The translations under genes were made by a program, and so were the position numbers. DNA of 64,000 bases from Chiloscyllium plagiosum. Lineage: Eukaryota. The notes beneath the pieces were generated by a model. The model worked only from the letters and a program-made list of their open reading frames with translations. It was not told the DNA's origin and ran no database searches. Below are positions 11,860 through 24,105 of the stretch, one piece after another (positions within the stretch are counted from its first letter, which is position 1; each line of letters opens with the position of its first letter). Location: contig NC_057751.1 of the NCBI RefSeq assembly GCF_004010195.1, forward strand, positions 6,769,934 through 6,833,933, in the 5' to 3' direction.

Positions 11860-12290
11860 TGTTTACCTCTGAATTGTATGGTACTAGGTTCAAGACCCAC
11901 TTGGACTTGAGTACAAAAACAGACTCTCACTACAGTGCAATACCAAGGAAAAATTACACTGCTGAAGGCACCTTTCACATCAGGTGTTCAACTGAGGCCT
12001 TACTAGTCTGTACTTAAATGGATGTCAAAGGTCCCATGGCACAGCACAATGTTGACAAAGAACCATTAGTGTTCTGGCCAATACTTATTTTTTTCATCAA
12101 CATGACAAAAATAGAGATTGTCAAAAATACATTATCACAGTACTGCTTGTGGGATTCTGCTGTGTGCACATTGGCTGCTGTATTTTTGACGTTACAACAG
12201 TGACAACAATTAAAAATTGCTTCATGCCTGTAAAGTGTGAGAGCTCCAAAGGTGGTGCAAAGTGCTATATGAATACAAGTCATTCCTTTT
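11860..12290 (+). mobile_element. Deu-domain SINE (SacSINE1/AmnSINE-like)
   Basis: B-box-like GGTTCAAGACC, Deu-like GGATGTCAAAGGTCCCATGGCAC...TTCTGGCCAATA...TTGTGGGATTCTGCTGTGTGCACATTGGCTGC, and tail GTGCTATATGAATACAAGTC. Confidence 0.7.
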
Positions 12291-12619
12291 CTCAGAGGCT
12301 CCCTCTTCCAAACACCCAGGAATCAAAAACAATGGACATGATACTGCATGACGAAGAAATTGTGTGATTAAAACACATTGACTTATTGCTACAAGTTATA
12401 TGTTGCCAATTAGATGCTCTAAGGGAGTGCCAAATTCATAATAAATGGAATGTAGACCTATTTCTAACTATATGCGGGGGAAAATTCTCAGTGGGGTTGG
12501 CAAATACACCATTTTACATTATGAATGTTTGGGACTGAAGATGCAACATTGGTTAGTTAGCGGAGCATGCCAGGGAAACAATGAATTTGAAGCTTCTCAT
12601 TTGATAGTGAATTCCTAGC

Positions 12620-13758
12620 ATCATAGAGATATACAGCATGGAAACAGACCCTTCAGTCCAACTCTTCCAACTCAACTGGATATCCAATTTAGTCACGTCC
12701 CGTTTGCCAGCATTTGACCTATAGTCCTCTAAATCCTTCTTATTCATAGATCCAAACAAATGCATTTTAAATGTTGTAATTGCACCAGCCTCCTCCACTT
12801 CCTCTGGCAGCTCATTCCATACATGCGCCATCCTCTGCTTGAAAAAGGTATCTGAGGTCCTTTTAAATCTTCCCCCTCTCACCGTAAACTTATGCCCTCT
12901 AGTTTTGGACTTGCCTACCCCAGGAAAGACCATGCCTAGTTACTCTATCCATGCCCCTTATAATTTTGTAAACCTCTATAATGTAACCCCTCATCCTCCG
13001 ACACTCCAGCGAAAATAACCCCAGCCTATTCAAATTCAGATAAGTGAGAGGTGCTGCATTTTGGAAAGGCAAATCATAGCAGGAATTGCACACTTAATGG
13101 TAAGATCATAATTTGTGTTGGTGAACAAAGAGACGGAGTGCAGGTTCACAGTTCCTTGAAAGTGGAGTCACAGATAGATAGGATTGTGAAGGTGGTGTTT
13201 GGTTTGCTTTCCTTTATTGGTCAGGGTATTGAGTACAGGAGTTGGGAGGTCATGTTACGGCTGCACGGAACATTGGTGAGGCCAGTTTTGGAATATTGCA
13301 TGCAATCCTGGTCTCCTCCTATCGGAAGGATGCTGTGAAACTTGAAAGATTCGGAAATGATTTACAAGGATGTTTCCAGGGTTGGAGGGTTTTTGAACTA
13401 CAGGAAGAGGCTGAATAGGCTGAGTCCCTCAGGGGCAACGTTTTCATGGAGATGATGGTGCATGTATGGAATGAGTTGCCAGAGGAAGTGGTGGAGGCAG
13501 GTACAATTACAACATTTAAAAAGGCCTCTGGATGGGTATCTGAATAGGAAGCGTTGAGAGAGATAGTGGCCAAGTACTGGCAAATGAGACGAGACTAGGT
13601 TGGGATATCTGGCCAGGATGGATGAGTTGGACTGAAGTTTCCAAGCTCTACATCTCTATGACTGACTCTCCCTATAGCTCAAACCCTCTAAAACAGGCAA
13701 CATCCTTGTCAATCTCTTCTCAACTCTTTCAAGTTCATAACATCCTTCCTAGAGCAGA
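12620..13758 (-). mobile_element. CR1 LINE 3' fragment split by an opposite-strand CR1
   Basis: Minus-strand CR1 at 12620-13032 resumes at ~13665 (CCTATTCA...CTCTCCCTATAGCTC, which is contiguous in the 15705 copy). Confidence 0.85.
13036..13664 (+). mobile_element. CR1 LINE 3' fragment with internal deletion, nested in CR1
   Basis: LHFGKAN..VQVHSSLKV..LVRPVLEYCMQSW, then a jump to the 3' end and an ATGACT tail. Confidence 0.88.
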
Positions 13759-15704
13759 CAGAGACAGTAGTCTCATTTGTCCAAGAGAAACCAAAGTAAC
13801 AAACAGAAATCAACAGTATTGTCTCACGTATAATTGAAGATTGGCCTGCACCTCGGGAAAAGCTCAAGGAGAGAATGGCTCGATCAGAGCAAGAGAAAAT
13901 CGCAAAGAAATGGCTGCAAATATTAAGCAGGACAGTTCATTCCAACTGCTGGTCCTGAGAAGAATTCCATTCAACTTGCAATATGGAAGAGGCCTTGCAA
14001 CCAACCTCAAATGAACTGGCTGTGTGCTCAAGTAACCTAATCAGTGCTGATTTTTGGATATTTATCTGGTTCATCTTCAAGACAAGCAATGGTCTCTGCC
14101 ACAGCCACTATGGGAAGACATTCCGTGGATCATCAATAATCTGTATGACGCAAATTTCTCACAATTACTCACATTATTCTTTGCCACTCATTGATTCTTT
14201 CCCCGTTCAGCCAATCAAACACAATTTATTTTCAACAACATGCCATTGAATGACCTTTAAGCTTCTTTGCCCCAACGGAGCTTGTCTAAAGAGCTCAAGT
14301 TTCTTTTAGAAATATTTTTCCATCCCTGGCATTACTCTGATTAACTTGCATTGTAAATTGTCTGAGGCTGTAGAGCCATTTATACAGGAGGATTCCCCAA
14401 CCCGCAGACATGTAATGCTGAATCGTGAATTTTTGGGCTAAATGAGAGTTGTATTGAGATTTTTGGAGGGTCTCATGCCATAGGCTTTGAGTTTTTCACT
14501 GTATCTTACCCAAGGCGCCTCTTCAACACCTACCCACTGACAGTCTGGAGCTATTGCTCCTTGACCTCTGTCCCAGACATGACAGTTATGGGGAAAACCA
14601 GCGTTCCACCTTTTGGGCGGCGTACTAAAGGTCCTGTTGGATGAGGTGGTGCAGATGTCCTCTTCCCCCAGGACTGGCAGTTGAGACCATGACACCTGAC
14701 TATGTCAGCCTGGTCCAAGGTTGCCATGCAGGTCAATGCAGTCTCAGCCATGTGGAGGAGTGTACTCATACCAGCGTGAGTGTTGCCATCCTCTGAGACT
14801 TTATACTTACTCTGCATCTGCTACTGCAGCACTTCCCAGCAAGGCGCATGCTCTACCACTCACATAAGGTATCACACAAGCCAAACAGAGCTGTCGGATA
14901 TTGTAATGACTGATCTCTCTGAAATCACTGTGCTATTGCCCAAAGCTGTAGGCGCAAGTGCAGTTCAGCTATAGAAACATTGCTCAGTCTCCAATGTTGA
15001 AGGCATTCCCTGCTCTTCAGACATTTCACTGACCAGAAGAAGTTCTCGTTGTTATAACAGAATTATGTAGCAGCTTGTTGAAAAACTGACAACTTGAGAT
15101 GAGGATGTATGTTTGCTGTTGTGCAGGTCCAGATGGATAGAACATCAGAAGATCCAGCTGAGGCCATATAATTAACAAATATCTCCAAGCGATAAGCAGA
15201 ATAGTGGCGTATACTCCTGTTAGGGAGTTGCTGTTCACAACTGTTCTCTTGAAATTCCTTAAAACATGATTCCAACAAGAACAATCTATTTATATTGCAT
15301 TACTTTTGGTTTTTTTTTAAATCCCATTCCATATGCTCACTTCTGGCAGATTAGCTACTTCCTACATGCAGCATAATTTCCACTCTGAAGCTGCGAAAGA
15401 ATGTCTGAATAATCCTGGTTGTGTCAACATTGCAGGCTTGTACCTATGTGTAACCCACCATTCCTGACAAACTGAAATATGAGTCAATTATTGCTATTTG
15501 TGTTGACTTATTATTTTTTCTCAATTTTTTTCAGGCCCAAAGGTCGGATGATTTGTTCTCAGTATTATGATGGTGCAGATGTTAAATCCAAACAATAAGA
15601 TTATGTTAGCTAGCTGAGGCATTCCAAAAACTTGAGCATAAAATCCAGGCTGTCTGTGAGGCATTAAAACCAGGTCCTATGTAAAAGATCATGGTGTTGC
15701 CATT

Positions 15705-16490
15705 CATACAGTCATAAAAATGTACAAACAGACCCTTCAATCCAACTCGTCCATGCTGACCAGATACCCTAAACTAATCAAGTCCCATTTTCCAGCACTT
15801 GGCCCATATGCCTTCAAAATGCTTCCTATACATATACCCACCCAGAGGCCTTTTCAATATTGTTCTACCAGCCTCCACCACTTCCTCTGGCAGCCAAATC
15901 CATGCAAGCACCATCCTCTGCATGAAGTTGTTACCCCTTAGGTCTATTTTAAATTTTTCCCCTCCCACCGTAGATCTACACCCTCTATTTCTGGACTCAC
16001 CTACCCCAAGGAAAAGGCCTTGTCTATTTACTCTATCCATGTCTCTCATGATTTTATAAACCTCTGTCACATCACCCCTCAGCCTCCGATGCTCCAGGGA
16101 AAACAGCTGCAGCCTGTTCAGCCTCTCCCTATAGCTCAAACTCTCCAACCATGGCAACGTCCTTGTAAATCTTTTCTGAACCATTTTAAGTTTCACAATA
16201 TCTTTCCGATAGGAAGGAGACCAGAATTGCACACAATATTCCAACAGTGGCCTAACCAACATCCTGTACAGCCGCAACATGACCTCCCAACTCCTGTACT
16301 CTGACCACAAAAGGAACGCATACCAAACTCCTCCTTCACTATCCTGTCTGCCTACAACTCCACTTTCAAGGAACTATGAACCTGCACCCCAAGGTCTCTT
16401 TGTTCAGCAACACTCCCCAGGACCTTGCAAATCAGAGTAGGAATTATACACTTAATGGTATTTTCAAAATGCAGCACCTCACATTTATCA
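15705..16490 (-). mobile_element. CR1 LINE 3' fragment inserted into a Deu-type SINE
   Basis: 178-aa ORF with LVRPLLEYCVQFWSP..LFSLEHRRLRGD. SINE halves lie at ~15620-15700 and ~16490-16690. Confidence 0.9.
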
Positions 16491-17623
16491 AAGATGATCA
16501 GGGGAGTTTTCCTTTGTCCCAGTCAATATTTAAGCTTTAACCTTGAAAATATTATGGAATTAGATCATATCATTTTCAGATTTCTGTTGGTTGGCACTTG
16601 CTGTACATGGATGGACTGCACTGCCTATACTGAAAGTAGGTAATTGGTTGTGAATTACTTTGGAGTGTCCTCAAGTTAGGTGAGAGTAATTATGACTCTC
16701 TGCAAAGGGTCCCCCTGGAGAGTCTAGTTACTTTTTATGGTAATTTTGATGTGCTTTTAACCTGCCATAGTGATCGCTTGTGCATCTCCACTGGCCCCAC
16801 TTGTAACAGCAGCATACATTTGGCTTGGCAAGTATTGGCTAAACGAGTTAAGAAAATCACAAGATGATTGTTGATCTGTGCGGATCAGAACATCTAACTC
16901 CACAAAAATATGGGCAGAGCAAAAAAGAAATGAAGGATATGTGTGACTCATTACAGTCTGGTTGGGAAGCATCCCTGCAATTGCGTCTGTAATGACAGTC
17001 GATGAAACATGTCCATGCTACATGGGTTCACTCCCTAAACCCAACGGTGTTGGTAAATAATTCACCTCCACAAAGACTGAGGGGGTGGACGAGAGATCCA
17101 AAAGACAAATCAACCTTCCTGACGTGGATCCGGGACTCAGATTAGGAGGACCAGGAAACCCAAGTGATGATGACATTTGTTATGAGAGATTTTACAGGTG
17201 GCCCACTGACAGAAGAAACAACTTCTTTGGAAACTGTAACCTTCTGCAGCAAAAGATATAAAAGATGCCACCAAGGAGAATGGAAACGTCAGTCAAAAAG
17301 GTTGCTGATACACGCTGTAGTGAAGCACCCCCTGCACAGAGGCGGTCATTATTCAGACAACATGAAAGATAGAATAGCTGCTTTGCACACTCTGCAGCTC
17401 CTGCGTTTCAATGGGTTGGTGCCATGAGAGACCACTTAGCCAATAGGCACCAAGTAAGAGAATATCTGAACCAGATGTTCTCATTGTGGTAAGAGCACGT
17501 ATTACCATGGCACAGCCTACCACATTGCAAAAAGCAAAGACAGAGGGGTATTGTTGTCCCATTCCCACCCCAGTCAAAGCAAAGCACTCAGAGACAGTGT
17601 AGTTTTATCTTCCTTTATTCCAC

Positions 17624-17645
17624 GAGAGAGAGAGAGAGAGAGAGA
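17624..17645. repeat. (AG)n microsatellite
   Basis: Direct reading. Confidence 0.95.
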
Positions 17646-18921
17646 AAACAATTGCCCACATGCACAGGGACATGACTGTCTTCTCTTGAAGATCAGTTTC
17701 TTAAATGAACTATGTAGTCATTTTACAGGGAGCATTCTTCCTGAGAAGGCAACATATTAATTGGGTGACCGTTACAATCAGCAAGTGTCAAAGTAGAGGT
17801 TAAGCCTTCTGCTGTGAGACCAATGTTCTTAACCTTGTTGGCTTAACATAATGGATACTTTTCCCCTTGTTAACTGACCTTACATACTGAACGCTTCCAA
17901 TATTGTTAAATAGCTCAACATAATGAATGCTTTTCCACCTTGTTAACCCATTACCCTTGCCTCCAGCACCCCATTGTTAACTGCAAGTTCTTATCTGATC
18001 TGAGTCATGCTCAGCTGAATTGCATTTCACAAAACTCAAAACTGAACTCTTTCCCTACCTACTCATACCCTATACAAATTATCAGGGGTACCCCAAACAC
18101 ACAGGTGCCTAAGCATGTTCTAAGTGCAAATGTCAAGTCACATCACTGATTGGACTCAGCCAACTCAGATGCATGAGGCATGCTGAGCTATGCAACAATA
18201 AATGCCTCAGTGCCTTGAAAGCCAAATCCATGCCAAAGATTGAAAATGAAACCAATCTTCTTCTAGATTCAGAACGGAGGTTCAGAGATTGTCCAACCAT
18301 AAAACCAAAACAGCCTAACACATTTCAGACAATCGCAGACCACTGCAGAATGCCTTGGTGGTAGCTTGTCATCAATGCCAGGCCATCCCAAAGACGACAG
18401 ATGGGAAGCTGTCTCACAAGATGACACCAGCAACCATGATAAGGTCAACTGAAACCCTGAAAATGTTGATCAGAATCTGCAATTGGCCTGCAATCCACAA
18501 CATTGGGTCAGAGAAGCATCAACTAACATAGGCCAGACAATTCCTCAGTGTGCGACAGCCCCAAAACCAAGACACTCGGAGGGGGGATAGTGGGGAGCAT
18601 CTTGGACCTCTTAATGATTGGGGATGAACCAGTTACTTCATTGAGGCAAGTTGCAAAAATCAAGCAGAGTTAGGTGCGGGAGGAACACCGGGTAGGAGGA
18701 GGACTGGGCCTGCGAGAAGGCTCTGTTCGGAGCAATACAGAAAATAGCAGACACTAAGTGGTCCACTCATTTATGAAGCCAGCCACATATTATCTCGAAA
18801 GAAGGGCTTGATTTGTCTTGCATGGAGGTTCAGTTCCAAACAACAAAGTGCACCTCAATACATTTGCACAATGTAGTACCAGCTATTGACGTGAGGGACA
18901 ATTCGCAAGACTAATATAGGA

Positions 18922-19572
18922 TGTCACAAAGCTGGTCTATTTCTTTTCTAAAAGCTGTACCTTTTCTCAAGGATACTGTGTCATGATTTTTTTCAGAGGG
19001 GTCATAAGTAGGCCAGGATCTGATTAAACTAGTTTGGTACAGAGACTAAAGAGTATTGAGAGGCCTTTTTGTTTATAGGTAAGCAGATGAGACTTCAGGC
19101 CGTAGTGGCCATGTTTTAGAAGTGACCTGTATAATGAAAGGGGCGAGGTCAGCTCTCTAGCTGAGCAGTTCAGTCCTGAACTCGTTGGGAGTTCAGCAGT
19201 GGACTGTTTGAACAGGCTCTCTCTCTTTGCACTTCTTTGCCCTTCTGTAAGCATCTGTTCCTTTTTTTTTTTAAAAAAAAAGGGTATTTTAAGGGGGTTT
19301 GCTTATTGGGACTGTTGTGTATATTCAGAACAGCATAATTAAGTGTAGTTTGGATAGTCTAGTGTTCTGTAGGCGTTCTTCATTCTGTTCTTTGTGTCTC
19401 ATTGTGAAATTTTGTGAATAAACTTTTGTCTGTTTTAAAACCTGGTAGTCAACCTCGCTAATTTACTCTGGGTAATTGTCACTTACCCAGAGTAAGTGGA
19501 AACAAATTGCAAAGTTATGGTCTGGGCTGCCTGCTTAAGAATGTTTTGAGTGGTCTGGCCTTGTCCATAACA
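18922..19572 (+). mobile_element. Solo LTR (Gypsy-like), 651 bp, 4-bp TSD
   Basis: TGTCAC...ATAACA termini, AGGA at 18918-18921 and 19573-19576, AATAAA at 19417. Homologous copies at 54732 and 56551. Confidence 0.85.
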
Positions 19573-20339
19573 AGGAGCAAGTAGGAAATACAGCCATCAA
19601 GAGAATAGCCTGCATCTATGTTTACAATTAGGGGTCTTCTAAAGTGTCAGTGAGCGACATGGAGACTCAGACAAAACTTGCCCTGTGTTTCCCAAAGTGC
19701 TGTATTCTTCATGCCTTGACTATAGTAGATAGATCTTTGATGAAACCACACCTGGTGATGGGGAGTCCATAGCAGGAGTAACTGTACAGATTTGGCCACA
19801 TTGAGGATGTATATATTTGCCTCTGAATCAGGTGCATCCAAAATTTAACAGATTTAACTTCCAGCATTAGAGACCTACTCTCTGACAGGAGTGTGAGTAG
19901 AGTGAGCCTATATTCTTGTATTTGCAAAGAAGGGAATGTGATTTCATTGAAACATATATAATTCTGACAGAATTTGAGACAGTCGATGCTGGGACCATTT
20001 TTTCTCTGAAGAGTCCATAGCGGAGGCTTTGGCATTTAGAACAGAGCTAAGAATAGATTTCTTCATGATGATGGCTGTGAATTTTTGGAATCATGTATCC
20101 AAGGAGGTTGTGGGTGCCTTTGAAGTATATTGCCCAAAATTTGCCAGATTCTGGCAAGGTCAGTGGATCAGAGGTTGGACTCCAGAGTGTCAGTGGATTT
20201 TAAACGTTCACTGTTTTTCTCTCCGCTTATGCTGTCAGACCTGCTCCAGCATTCTGCATCCGTGTTTGTGACAGCAAACAGGGTCAGGAGTCATTTTCAG
20301 GTTCGCAGACTGTAAATAATCTTGCGGCTGAGGGTTCAG

Positions 20340-20820
20340 TGCTGGGCCTCAACAGTTTATGGTCCATGACAGTGACCTGGGTGAAGAGATAAAGTGTATT
20401 GAATTCGTACTTGCTGACGGTACAAAGACACATTAGAAAGCAAGTTGTGAAGAGGACATAAAGGAATGCAGGTACTTTTATTTCCTTGTCTACTCATTAA
20501 CCTGACAGTATTGTGTGGGGAAAAATTGAGGTTGACCACTTCAGTGTGAAGAGCAGAATAGAGGGATCTGCATGTCCTTAAAAATTAATCATGAACAGTT
20601 TGCATGGAATTCACAAGGCAGGTAGAATATTAGCCTTTATTTCAAGGGGATGGGGCATATAAATAAAAGGAAGCCTTGCTATTACTATTCAAGGCATTGG
20701 TGAGACTACATCTGGAGTGCTGCATACAAATCTTGTCTCCTGAATTAAGGGGGTATATACTTGCATTGAGGGTAGTTCAGAGATATTTATTTGGTTGATT
20801 GAGTTCTGAAGATTGGGGCA
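20340..20820 (+). mobile_element. Highly degraded CR1 RT fragment
   Basis: Decayed QGSVLG, ADGTK and LFKALVRLHLEC motifs. Confidence 0.6.
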
Positions 20821-21671
20821 CTGTTCAAAATGTTTATAGATGTTTCTCATTTTAATTCCGAAATGACTTGTTTTTAAGTTAATAAGTGAGGAGTTGACTA
20901 TTCCCCTCTTGGCAGAAAGGCACCTCCTGCAGAATTGTCTGTTTTAGTCTCCAGAAATACAGAAGGACAGGATTCAAAAAGCCAGCTTCAACTCTAATGA
21001 AGAGGACTATTGAAACTCAAGATAGCTAGTGTGTACCATCCTGGATTCAAATGTTAGTTCTTCAACTACTTCCTAGTTACCCCTGTGTTATGGAAAAAGA
21101 TGTCTAACTCTGGGTGCTGTCAATTCGTTAAAAGAGAGACAGGACAACCTTGAACAGTCTCTCTCTCTTTCTCTCTGAATGCTGAAATTCAATCACAGCT
21201 GAAAGACTGCAGAAACTCTACCCATCTGCCAAGCCTAGGATTGTTAAGCTGAATGTTTATCTCCGAATGTCAGTGCTACTGGTAACCTTCACTGCAAAGT
21301 TGAATGTTGGCATCAGTCTGGTGTTGCAAACAATTCAGAGACTAATGAATTGATCTGTATGTTTTGCAACTTTCATCTTCTTCGCTTCACCTCTTCTCCC
21401 TAACCTGTGCATTCTATTACGTATTCCTCGAGTTGTTGCAGAGATCAAATTAATTCATAATTAATATTAATTAGTAATTAAACTCACGCTTGACTAATCC
21501 AAGGAGATCTGGTTAAATTGGCTTCTTTTAAGGCATTCGTTCACGTGTGCCTGAGGAAAAGGTATCTATAAGGAAAGGGATTCTTTTCAATTTAACCTTT
21601 TTGCAACCAAGGGAGTATGTAAACGAAGTGCCCATGTTTCTACAAGTTTTGGGGCCAAATAGCCTTCTCAT

Positions 21672-21880
21672 TGTATTGTGATTGTAGTGAGGTCAGGCAG
21701 CTACAACTCAATCTGAGTTCCCTGGTTGGACCAGATTAACATCTCCAATCAAAGAACCCTGGTTGACAGATAAAAGAGAGAGTGTCAAAGATAGTGAGGC
21801 AATCCTGTTGTCAAGAACTGTTCAAGTGTGAATAAAGGGTGACTTGGCAATAGGATGCCAGCCTCTGCAGAGTTATTCCA
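21672..21880 (+). mobile_element. Short solo LTR (Gypsy-like)
   Basis: TG...CA ends, AATAAA ~45 bp from the 3' end, imperfect 5-bp TSD CTCAT/CTCTT. Confidence 0.5.
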
Positions 21881-23272
21881 CTCTTTGAATGTTACTCCGC
21901 ATCCGTGACAAGATCATAACAGTCGGTTTAATGTAATCATCAGATTTTCAGGGACTAAGACAGTTGAAGCTTGTGGGGATTGTATAGGAAATTGAACTTG
22001 ATGGGGAATTTCAGCCATGATCTTGTTTGATTTGGAGTCATTTTGCCAAGTCTGCCTATTTTTGATGTGTCTTCTTTTTCTTCTGATGACATTAATGGAA
22101 GAGTTCTGCCTTGACATTAAAATGTTGCCTGCGAGGCTTTGTGGTTCACTGTCACATGGTCTCTAAGCAAAATGTTGCATTCTCTCGGGTTATAATTACT
22201 GATGTGACAGTATTGTAACTTAATATGATGTTGGCCGTAGACTCTTGTCACATACTCTCAAGTTAAATATAACTGCAAGGGAAAAGCTAAGACTGTTTGA
22301 AGAACCTGATTTGGTTCAGTTACTATGTAAATTTCTTTCCCATCTTAAGTGGCAGTAAAACTTGACTGTTTTCTAATAGATGACTGACGCATCAGTTCCA
22401 AGGCAGTAATTCAGTCACTGTCATAAACCACAAGAGCTAGAGTGAATTATTGCATTCAGCTCCATCCAAGCGGCATGCTTTTCTTTAATATTAAAGAAAA
22501 TGTCTCCTGCTTTTGTTTCTTTGCGGCATTGAGCTTAGAAAGATGCCTTTCAACTCAGTCCAATTGAGCAATACTAGTTTTTATAAAGCTGCTGCCTAGC
22601 TTACATTTCATTTGGCACAAATCCCTGATGTGGACACTTTTTCCATGTAGTCTGGAATACAAACTCATCTGGACCAGGTTCCTCCATTTTTAGTCAAGCC
22701 TTTCTTTGAGATATTTATCTATAAATGTGGGTCCATGGCTTCATCAGGACCTTCCTTTTGCTTTAGATTTCTCTCAAAAATATAATGCAAAAATCTTCTT
22801 CATCTCTCATTTATCTGTCCCTGAAATCATCTCTAAGTGGTCTCACTCATTGGTTGACACACTCTTCTACTTGTACCTTAATAAATGTGATTTCCTTCCA
22901 TGTCACACATCCTTCTGCACTCTGTTTTTGCATGTCATTCTTTTCTTGATACATGAAGCTATACCACAAAACTAACTAGAAGTTAAGACAGGAAGCAGTT
23001 ATTTGTTTGCTCGGACACTGGTTAGATCATGTTGTGTGGGCAAACACAGACAGGTTGGAATAAACCATGTTGTGATCTGAAGCCAGTGTGGAGGAGAGAC
23101 TAGAGTGTACATCTGGAGGGTTCATGCACTGATGATGGGAGAGATAACTGCAAATTAATCTACAAAGGAGGTGTGTTATTCTGTTAATAATGCACTGGAT
23201 GAGCTTCTTAAGTGCACCATTATATACAGGGCCAGTGCATATTGTGTAGAGGAGAATGCGCAGGGCATGTCA

Positions 23273-23888
23273 GGAGAAAGTGAGGACTTCAGGTGTTGGA
23301 GATCAGTGTTGAGAGAGTGGCGCTGGAAAAGCACAGGTCAGGCAGCATCCAAGGAACAGGAGTGTCAATGTTTCGGGCATAAGCCCTTCATAAGGAATGT
23401 GGGGGGAGGGGGACAAGAGGGGCGAGAGATAAATAGGAGGATGAGTGGGGCTGGGGGTGAAGGTAGCTTGGAAGGTGATAGGTACATGAAGGTGGCGGGG
23501 GGGTGATAGTGATAGGTGGGAGCGGAGGGTGGAGTGTATAGGTGGGAAGGAAGATGGACAGGTGGACAGTTCGAGAGGATGGTGCCACATTGGAGGGTTG
23601 GATCTGGGATATAAGATGGTGGGAGGGGAGATGAGTAAATTGGTGAAATTGACGTTGATGCAATGTGGTTGGCTTGGACTTAGCAGTATAGACAGCCTAG
23701 GACTTGAATGTCCTTGGCGGAGTGGGAGGGAGAGTTGAAGTGTTCAGCCAAAGGGCGATGGGGTTGTTTGGTGCACGTGTCCTGGAGATGTTCTCTGAAA
23801 TGTTCTGCAAGTTGGCATCTTGTCTCCCCAATGTAGAGGGCACCACATAGAGAGCAACGGACACAGTAGATGAGCTGTTTGGATGTGT
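23273..23888 (-). mobile_element. Penelope-like element 3' part (GIY-YIG plus pLTR with hammerhead variant)
   Basis: LIYCVRCSLCGALYIGETRCQLAEHFREH..LAEHFNS. pLTR minus strand reads CTTATGA-AGGGCTTATGCCC-GAAAC at ~23370-23394. Confidence 0.88.
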
Positions 23889-24086
23889 TTGTTATTATAT
23901 TAGCTGATGGTAACACTAGACAAGTCCATCCTCAAGTTACAACTGGCTTAACAGACCCTGCAATTTTTCATCACTATATGTTCATCATGATAGTCAGGTA
24001 CTGAACAAATTCACAAGAGATGGTTAATATACTTTGTGAAAAAGAACAGAGTTTGTTCCAGGCATTTTTTAGTATGAACTATTTGA

Positions 24087-24105
24087 TACACACACACACA
24101 CACAC
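24087..24105. repeat. (AC)n microsatellite
   Basis: Direct reading. Confidence 0.9.

Noticed and set aside
14438..14950. Possible non-LTR element relic on the minus strand
   Set aside because: No motif could be confidently reconstructed.
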